This document shows, in pieces, positions 57,622 through 64,000 of a stretch of 64,000 bases of DNA. Each line of letters begins with the position of its first letter. Within the stretch, counting starts at the first letter, position 1. The stretch covers positions 1 through 64,000 of IMG/VR virus record IMGVR_UViG_3300025030_000061; one strand, given 5' to 3'. A program made the position numbers and the translations under genes. The stretch is from a virus. The notes below the pieces were generated by a model. The model did no database searches, was not told where the DNA came from, and saw only the letters and a program-made list of their open reading frames with translations.

Positions 57622-58742
57622 CAGGAGAACTCCACCGTCATGACGCCAGGGATCAGCACCTGCCCATCGGCAAGCTCCGCGTCGGGGTAGGCTGTGATGT
57701 TGAGGTCGTCAACTCCAGGAAGTCCCTTGACGCGCTTGATGGCCTCATTGAGCACGAAGTTCTGTCCTACGGGGATGCTCTGGATGTAGTAGGTGAGAGT
57801 GTCGCTGACCAGTATCTCCAGAGTGGGTTGATCGGCGCCGGGGAAGGCCAATATCTCGATAGTGACGTTGCCGATCACCACGGTGGCGGAAACTACACTG
57901 GCGACGTCGCCGGCAGCCTTGTAGCCTGGCACCGGCGTTCCTTCCGCGTCGAGGTATCCGTCAATAATGTCCTGTGCTCGCGCTACCAGATCGGCGCTGG
58001 CTACGCCGCTGCCGTTCCAAACGTAGACGGTAAAGTGTGAATCGGCGGTAATCGGTGGTTGCAATACCTTTGCGTCGACCACTCGTTCAACCACATTGCC
58101 GTAGATGTTGGTGATCTCCGCCGTGGTGGCGCCGTAGGCGATAGCCGCCGCCGTGCCCCTGGATATGGACGCGATGAAATTACGGAAGCGAGATTGCCGG
58201 CTGGCCTCGGTTTCAGGGTTAGTGCCGTTGTTGATTGCTGCGGCGTTGGTGACCGTCACGATCTGGTTTACCGGCGTCTTGATCACAGTGAGAGTGGCAG
58301 CATTGATGTTGCCGGCAGTTCCTGGCGTGAGCGATGTCACCGGTGCGTCTATCTGGCTCTGCCCCACGGCAAGCGTTACGGATGCGCTGGTGGCGTAGAC
58401 TTTTTCCATGATGCCGCTGGCGGCGCCAGTGGCGACCTTGGTTCCTGCTGGGATGATCACGTTGGCGGTAACCGGCGTGGCGCTGGAGAAAGTGACATAG
58501 CCGTTGGCTGTGGTGGCGGGGAGCAACACGAAGCCGAAAGCGGAATAAACTGCAACAGGTATGGCCTTCTTGGTGGTGACGTAGAACTGATAGTCCTGCG
58601 CCTCCATCTCGACAGCGAAGGCCTCGAACTTGGTGCGCGTGACCCCGCCAATCAGGAGATCCGTGATGGTACTCTGGCTGCCGGCAAACCATGCCACCAT
58701 GTTTGCCAGTCTGGTCTCCATTTTAATGATCGAGAATCCCAC
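57621..58742 (-). CDS. baseplate J/gp47-like protein
   Basis: IPAGTKV..PGTAGN..NGTNPETEA..RF..RGT..AI..PGVDD. Confidence 0.9.
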   Translation of the reverse strand: MGFSIIKMETRLANMVAWFAGSQSTITDLLIGGVTRTKFEAFAVEMEAQDYQFYVTTKKAIPVAVYSAFGFVLLPATTANGYVTFSSATPVTANVIIPAGTKVATGAASGIMEKVYATSASVTLAVGQSQIDAPVTSLTPGTAGNINAATLTVIKTPVNQIVTVTNAAAINNGTNPETEASRQSRFRNFIASISRGTAAAIAYGATTAEITNIYGNVVERVVDAKVLQPPITADSHFTVYVWNGSGVASADLVARAQDIIDGYLDAEGTPVPGYKAAGDVASVVSATVVIGNVTIEILAFPGADQPTLEILVSDTLTYYIQSIPVGQNFVLNEAIKRVKGLPGVDDLNITAYPDAELADGQVLIPGVMTVEFS

Positions 58743-58807
58743 CGTGCCTCCGTATTAATAGCGCTCAGTATCCACTATCTTGTAGCGCATATCAAATGTT
58801 TTGCCCA

Positions 58808-60781
58808 CTATCCGATCAAAAGCCTCATCCTGGTGGCGGAGGTCTGCCCAACCAGCACCACGTCGGCTAGGATCGTGATGGCGGTGTTGTCCACATTGAA
58901 GTCAAGACGCTCCACGGCTGCCACTCGCGGGTCCTGAACAATGGTCAGTTCTGCCTCTAGTAGCGCACGCTCGTGCCACATGGGGGTGCTGACCCGTCCT
59001 ACGTAGAGCGGCAGCAGTGATCCGTACTGAGGGTGTCCCAGTGCTGCAAGTTCCCCGCGCATAGTGGTGAGCCGGTGTTGTAGCTGCATCTCCAGGTTAG
59101 TGACTCCCGACACGTAAAGGTCGTTGATGGCTGCCTCGGGTTTGCCGCTTACACCTATAGATTCGTCGGTACCCAACAGCTGCGCGTAGAAGTCTGGGTC
59201 GTCTGCTGTGATGGCGCTCACGCCGGTTCGGGTTCCAGGTATCCTGATCTGGTCTCCTGGGAAAATTACGTTTCGGCGTGTGGCATGGGACGAAACGGTG
59301 GCTGCGGTGCTGTAGGAGTTTTGCAGCGGGGTGCTGATGGTTATGATGCCGTTCCGAGCTGCAATAATCGGTGCGTACTCGTGGGTCTCGCCCTCCTGGA
59401 GCAGCAGGATCTGACCGTGGTCGGGGTTGATGTCGGTGCATAGGTTAATGGCGTAGGCACTGGCTGGAACAGTGATCCGCCCTTTAAGCAGGGCCGGGCT
59501 GAAGGCGTCAAACCACTCCTTGGCGATGAATGGGTATTCCAGACCGTTCAGCATAGCGATCTGTTTCCATTGCGAGGCGTCGCCCAGTATCCTGCTGGCG
59601 AGCGATTCCATGGTGTCGCCGTGGTTGACAGGCTCTACCTGGGAGGCGATCAGTTGCTCGGATTCGAGAAGTTCACTAAAAATGGTGGTTTCAGGGTTAT
59701 CCATGGCAACGAACGCGTCTTGCCCGACGTTCTCTGGTGTCGGGCCTGCGACGATCTCTTTCGGGTCCGAGTCTGCGGGGAGGGTGCTAGGCCCGGACGT
59801 TGTGGTGGTGGCCGATACCCTGAACTGATCCTTGTGCAGGCTCAGCATGAGCAGCGCACGCTTGGTGCTGCGCAGGTCCTGGATGAACTCGTGCGGGAGG
59901 TCCTTAATGAAGATTACGGTATTCAAGATACTGTCGGTGGTCGCTATTGCCTCATTGACTAGGGCGAAAGGAGCATTGATGGTGTCGCTGATTCCCTGCC
60001 GGAAGCCAGCGACCGACTGTCGAATGGTCTGCATGGTGCCTCTCAGCTGATCGACGCGGTTGCTTACGTCGTTCATGGCATTGTAGGCCCAAGTGTAACC
60101 TTTGAGCAGCTTCCCCCATATGGAGAGGTCGTCTGCTGGCACAGCGATGTTAGTTAATCCCAGATATTCGGCCAGGGCGTCTTCGTCGATCGGCGCATCG
60201 ATCCGCTGCAGCACCGTCATCTGAATGTCGTACATATAGAGGAAACGGCGCTGGATATTGCGCTGGAACTCGAAGCGATCGAGCTGCACCACGAAGAAGT
60301 CGCGGTCGGTGTAGTTGTAGAAGCTGAGTCTCGGCGGGTTTTTTGGGTCGATCTTCCCTTGAAACACCTCGTCGACCTTTTCGCCGCGCAGCGTGTAGGT
60401 GCCAAAGCGCTGATAGAAAAGCATGAAGGTCTGCTCTAATTCAATGAACATCTCCCAGGCGTCCTTAACTTTGCTGCCGAGCGTCATGCCGTGGCCGCCC
60501 ACCTGGTTGCCGAGGTAGCCAAAAGTACCCTGCATGGATATTTTGGGGAGTCCCAGGCCGATATTGTCCTGGAAAGCTCCGCCGATTGTCTGCGTGGCGT
60601 TGGCGCGGGTCGGGTAGGCGATCCGGTACATCTCGGGGTTGATCGGGAGCACGTACTCGCTACTGGGCTGGTAGCGGTTGGCCTGGGCACCGGCGGTCTG
60701 GATGCCAGTGGTCTCAAACATAAAGGGGAGACGCTGGTCCCGTGTGCGGACGCCAGTCTGGATGTTTTTGTTCCACTGCAT
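58808..60781 (-). CDS. baseplate protein with LysM-like segment and C-terminal gp25/GpW-like domain
   Basis: GDTMESLASRILGD..W.QIA.LN; C-terminal RLTT.RGEL..HPQYGS..QDPRV. Confidence 0.75.
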   Translation of the reverse strand: MQWNKNIQTGVRTRDQRLPFMFETTGIQTAGAQANRYQPSSEYVLPINPEMYRIAYPTRANATQTIGGAFQDNIGLGLPKISMQGTFGYLGNQVGGHGMTLGSKVKDAWEMFIELEQTFMLFYQRFGTYTLRGEKVDEVFQGKIDPKNPPRLSFYNYTDRDFFVVQLDRFEFQRNIQRRFLYMYDIQMTVLQRIDAPIDEDALAEYLGLTNIAVPADDLSIWGKLLKGYTWAYNAMNDVSNRVDQLRGTMQTIRQSVAGFRQGISDTINAPFALVNEAIATTDSILNTVIFIKDLPHEFIQDLRSTKRALLMLSLHKDQFRVSATTTTSGPSTLPADSDPKEIVAGPTPENVGQDAFVAMDNPETTIFSELLESEQLIASQVEPVNHGDTMESLASRILGDASQWKQIAMLNGLEYPFIAKEWFDAFSPALLKGRITVPASAYAINLCTDINPDHGQILLLQEGETHEYAPIIAARNGIITISTPLQNSYSTAATVSSHATRRNVIFPGDQIRIPGTRTGVSAITADDPDFYAQLLGTDESIGVSGKPEAAINDLYVSGVTNLEMQLQHRLTTMRGELAALGHPQYGSLLPLYVGRVSTPMWHERALLEAELTIVQDPRVAAVERLDFNVDNTAITILADVVLVGQTSATRMRLLIG

Positions 60782-61016
60782 AAGGACTCCTGCTATTTAA
60801 CCGTGCCGGTGATAATGCCGTCACCAGCCGTGCCGCTGTCAGTAGTGATGGGGACAAGCTCAGAGTTAGCCACGATCTCTTCGCATATGGCCTCAAACAG
60901 AGACAGCATGATGGCGTCGGATTGCGCGATAGCGGCCTCGGAGTCGCTTCCCTGACTGGTCAGCGCTGCAATCTTGTCGAAGTACCGCTCTTTCATCCCT
61001 ACTGCTGAAATCGCCA

Positions 61017-61697
61017 TTATTTGCTCGCTTTCACGGTTGCGGATCCGTGGATGTGTGACGCCCTGAGAAGCGGGCATATAGAATCAAGTTGGACGCATCC
61101 CTTGGGCGCGCCGCTGCCGCCGTCGAGCTCGATGGTCCCTTCGCTGGTCCAGACGGTCTTCCCCAGCACATGCACCGTGCATTTGCCGTCGACTACGTCG
61201 ATGCTGTAGTCGCCGGTCTTGATGGTCAGGGTGTCGTGGGCCTCGATCACGGTGATCCGGTTGCCATCCTTGTCGACCGCAATGTCCGCTTTGTTGCAGC
61301 GGAAGTGGTAGCGGCGCTTGTCCTGGGGTGCGTCGGCAGTAGCGGCCTGGACGGCGTCGTCCCCTTCCTGTGGCAGGTGGAGGTGCTTTATAATCACTGG
61401 TTCGGACCAACTACCGTTGACAAACGCCACCAGTACCAAGTCGCCCAGTTCAGGGGACCACTCCTCCCCGTTTCCCTGGTGGAACTTTTCCGCGCTCATG
61501 GGCACGTTGTTGATGTTTGGGTAGCCTCCCCAAAGGATCAAGTCGACCAGTGTTTGTCCGGTCTGATTCTCTGTATCGTCGCGCCATTTGATGCCGACGA
61601 TAGTCCCCTTCAAAATCCGGTCAATCTGTCGTGTCTCGCGGACTGCCGGATGCTCTCGCAGCGACTCCTGCAGTCTGGCGCCTGTCTCGTCGATCAT
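61017..61697 (-). CDS. baseplate central spike (gpV/gp5-like)
   Basis: OB-fold PELGDLVLVAF.NG..P; beta-repeat; C-terminal C..H metal-binding tip. Confidence 0.75.
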   Translation of the reverse strand: MIDETGARLQESLREHPAVRETRQIDRILKGTIVGIKWRDDTENQTGQTLVDLILWGGYPNINNVPMSAEKFHQGNGEEWSPELGDLVLVAFVNGSWSEPVIIKHLHLPQEGDDAVQAATADAPQDKRRYHFRCNKADIAVDKDGNRITVIEAHDTLTIKTGDYSIDVVDGKCTVHVLGKTVWTSEGTIELDGGSGAPKGCVQLDSICPLLRASHIHGSATVKASK

Positions 61698-62989
61698 CGC
61701 TTTTGCCCTCTGGTGACTTGCAGGGAGGTTATGAACTGGGGGGTGCCTGCAAATGTGCATTGATGAGTCACTTGCTCGATCAGATACTCCATAGCGGCGC
61801 CGGAGCGTTGTTTCACGAGTAGACCGTGGCCGGCCCGTATCTGAGGCGACAGGTGGACGGTGTAGGTGCCCGATTCAAGTTCGTGGTTTCTGCGGTACCA
61901 TTCCCAGAACATCTTAGCTTTGGGGATGGCGAGCGCCGCGACCTTCTGTTCGGCGTTTTTGTCCAGGCCCGTCTTCACGTCCGGAGTGTTGAAGTCGTCC
62001 TGAATGATTTTGACGCAGTATCCGTGCTGGCGGATACTGTCCTGATCGAACTGCGTCAGGTCCGGATTGGCCATAACGATGTCGACCTGACCGGATACCG
62101 CGAGCTGGTAGATCGTGGGCCAGTAACAGAGTAAGTTGATGCGCTCGGCATCACAAACTCCGACGTCCTCCATCACGATGTCTACGTCCTGTATGGTGTG
62201 TTCGATGGCAGTGGCGAGCTTGCCGTCGTTGCCGATCGGGGTTGGTTCCAGGCGGACCTCGAAGCTGTTGGGGCCAGTGGTCTCCGTGGTGAGGGTGTTG
62301 ACTGGGTCGTGCTCGGCGCGTTTCATCGCGTCCCAGGCGGTCGTGTCCCGGATGAACGCCATGGAGTCGTCCCAGAGGATCCAATCATCGGCCGATTGGT
62401 CGTTGAACCTTATGGTCGGCGATATCTTGGACATATCGTCCAGCGCCATAGTGAGCAGCACCTCGCAGAGGTCAGGCGGGGTCTTCACCTGGAGCGGAAC
62501 GCGGCGCATGTAGGAGTTCATGATGCGCGTGACAGGGCTCTCGCCCTGCCCTGGTATCTGCACTTGGGCGCCGGCTATGTCCCAACCGATACGGTGGCGC
62601 TGCAGGAGTTTGCCAAGGTCCTGGCCGCTCAGCTTGACGCTGCGCTGTGGTATGCCGTCGACCGCGGTAAAGGATCGCGCCGGTCGGTCGACCAGTCCCA
62701 GCATGGCCATCTGCATACCGTTGCCGTCTCCTGCGTCCAGCTCAATGCTGACAATGTCGTCCGGGATGATCGCGTTGGCATAGGTTTGGCCGTTGGGCAT
62801 GATGCGGTAGGCGAGCACGATCTGAAATGTTCCGGCGGCACGTCCGTATGCCTTTGCTGTGGTCAGCGTCAACACGTCATCGGTGATGTCGCCGTCCAGG
62901 CGTGGGCCTATCGGTCGGGCCTTTCCGGTGGCGAGGTCTCTGACGGTCACTCGGCAACGTGGGGAATATGTGCTTAGAAATTGGTCCAT
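61694..62989 (-). CDS. baseplate hub protein
   Basis: AGTFQI..G.VD..SGQDLGK..IRAG..YLIEQVTH..LQVTRG; lies between tape measure and spike genes. Confidence 0.7.
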   Translation of the reverse strand: MDQFLSTYSPRCRVTVRDLATGKARPIGPRLDGDITDDVLTLTTAKAYGRAAGTFQIVLAYRIMPNGQTYANAIIPDDIVSIELDAGDGNGMQMAMLGLVDRPARSFTAVDGIPQRSVKLSGQDLGKLLQRHRIGWDIAGAQVQIPGQGESPVTRIMNSYMRRVPLQVKTPPDLCEVLLTMALDDMSKISPTIRFNDQSADDWILWDDSMAFIRDTTAWDAMKRAEHDPVNTLTTETTGPNSFEVRLEPTPIGNDGKLATAIEHTIQDVDIVMEDVGVCDAERINLLCYWPTIYQLAVSGQVDIVMANPDLTQFDQDSIRQHGYCVKIIQDDFNTPDVKTGLDKNAEQKVAALAIPKAKMFWEWYRRNHELESGTYTVHLSPQIRAGHGLLVKQRSGAAMEYLIEQVTHQCTFAGTPQFITSLQVTRGQKR

Positions 62990-63044
62990 GGGGTTTATCC
63001 TAGCACGGTGATGTAGCGTATATCAAAATCTTTGCCCCGGTTGG

Positions 63045-64000
63045 TTACCTGCTCGAGACCGGTCTTGCGGCTGGCGCGGTCCCACGCCAGTTGGGGTCGT
63101 TGTTAGCCTTGTGCAGCGCGTCTACGATAGGCAAGGTGATCTTTTGAAAAATGAGGTCCCCGAGCGCACCGAACGGACTTTTGCCATCGGCTGCGGCTTC
63201 GGTAACGAATTTCTTGCCCCAGGATATTGTGCCAGGAATACCCTCCAGGCTCTGCAGGGCCTCTTTGCCGGTGTTAAGTATTCCCTTGCCAGCCCTCTTT
63301 GCTGTCGCCTTGGTGGGGTTTTCTATGTAGTCAATCAACGTATTCACGGTGCCGCCGAGGTTTTCAAAGGCCTTGACCAGGTGGTCCACCGCCTTGGAAT
63401 CGGCCAGCTTGTCTATCACGCGCAGGCCGACGCGTTCCAGCTTGTTGAACATGGCGTTGAGCTTTTCGCCGGCCTTGATCTGCTCGGCCTCGACCTGGGC
63501 AGCCAAGGTCATCTTGCCGGCGCCCGGGAGGCTGTTGAATTCTTTCTCGAGATCAGCGGCTAGGCGGCGCTCGCCCCTGGACCCGCCCTTGAGTCCCTGC
63601 ATGTTCTTGCCACTGGCCGCGGCGTCTCTAAAAAGCGGACTGTCGGCGATATCGATCAGCGAGGTGGCGCCCTTGGTGGAGAGCTTCCAGTCGGGAAACA
63701 TCTTCATGAGTTGCGCGGCTTGGTCTTCCCGGCTGCCGCTTAGGTTCCCAAGGATGCCCTTGAGCGCCTGAGGGTTCTGCAGGAAACCTCCCTCCTTCAT
63801 CTGCTCCATCTCGAACATTTTACGCCAGGACATCTGGCCGTTGAAGCCCCCCAACTCCTTCCAGAGCATGATCTCGCCCGGGGCCGAACCAGCGCCGCGG
63901 AGTCCGTTTTGCGCAACATTGGCGAACTCGGTACTCTTAGCGTACTGTTTGTAGGTCGCGTCGTCTTTGAGTCCCATGACTGCAGCAGCCATTGCGGCAG
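63045..64000 (-). CDS. tape measure protein, C-terminal part (runs off the window edge)
   Basis: Ala/Gly/Lys-rich helical sequence immediately upstream of the baseplate genes. Confidence 0.65.
   Translation of the reverse strand, partial: AAMAAAVMGLKDDATYKQYAKSTEFANVAQNGLRGAGSAPGEIMLWKELGGFNGQMSWRKMFEMEQMKEGGFLQNPQALKGILGNLSGSREDQAAQLMKMFPDWKLSTKGATSLIDIADSPLFRDAAASGKNMQGLKGGSRGERRLAADLEKEFNSLPGAGKMTLAAQVEAEQIKAGEKLNAMFNKLERVGLRVIDKLADSKAVDHLVKAFENLGGTVNTLIDYIENPTKATAKRAGKGILNTGKEALQSLEGIPGTISWGKKFVTEAAADGKSPFGALGDLIFQKITLPIVDALHKANNDPNWRGTAPAARPVSSR

Larger units (their letters stand above)
4529..63025. promoter_or_regulatory. dispersed 15-bp operator-like motif GTGTAGCGYATAYCA (17 copies found by eye)
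   Basis: Starts at 4529, 11159, 16589, 16611, 21115, 21393, 24571, 24936, 26748, 28215, 28729, 28754, 35914, 36282, 53183, 58780, 63011; at or near gene boundaries. Confidence 0.85.

Noticed and set aside
4529-63025. CRISPR array
   Set aside because: The repeated motifs are short, dispersed and not regularly spaced; no cas genes were seen.

Overview
The whole window is tailed-phage DNA, with no run of host housekeeping genes. It is most likely a large temperate myovirus. The SSB resembles Geobacter-type proteins, which suggests a Desulfobacterota/Geobacteraceae host (recognition from memory, not a search). Layout: (1) 1-24.9 kb, minus strand: accessory genes, a SNF2 helicase split by an insertion, a radical-SAM protein, a complete diversity-generating retroelement (target-avd-TR-RT), terminase subunits and a ParB-MTase; (2) 25-45.2 kb, plus strand: tyrosine recombinase, tRNA-Leu(UAG), tandem-HTH repressor, SSB, O-like initiator plus DnaC-like loader, nucleases, C5 methyltransferase and SbcCD; (3) 45.3-45.6 kb: an apparently intact attP (3' part of tRNA-Leu(CAA) flanked by arm-type repeats); (4) 45.6-64 kb, minus strand: lysis, tail fibre/spike, baseplate and tape-measure genes. 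Most notable: a 906-bp integron-cassette-like unit carrying a NADAR gene is inserted at a GTT inside the helicase gene, and its precise excision would restore a 577-aa helicase and form a fully paired attC-like hairpin. Also notable: a DGR whose TR and VR differ at 13 positions, all template adenines, and which targets a small non-tail CLec protein; two genome-wide regulatory motif families; and tail-module proteins with export signal peptides.
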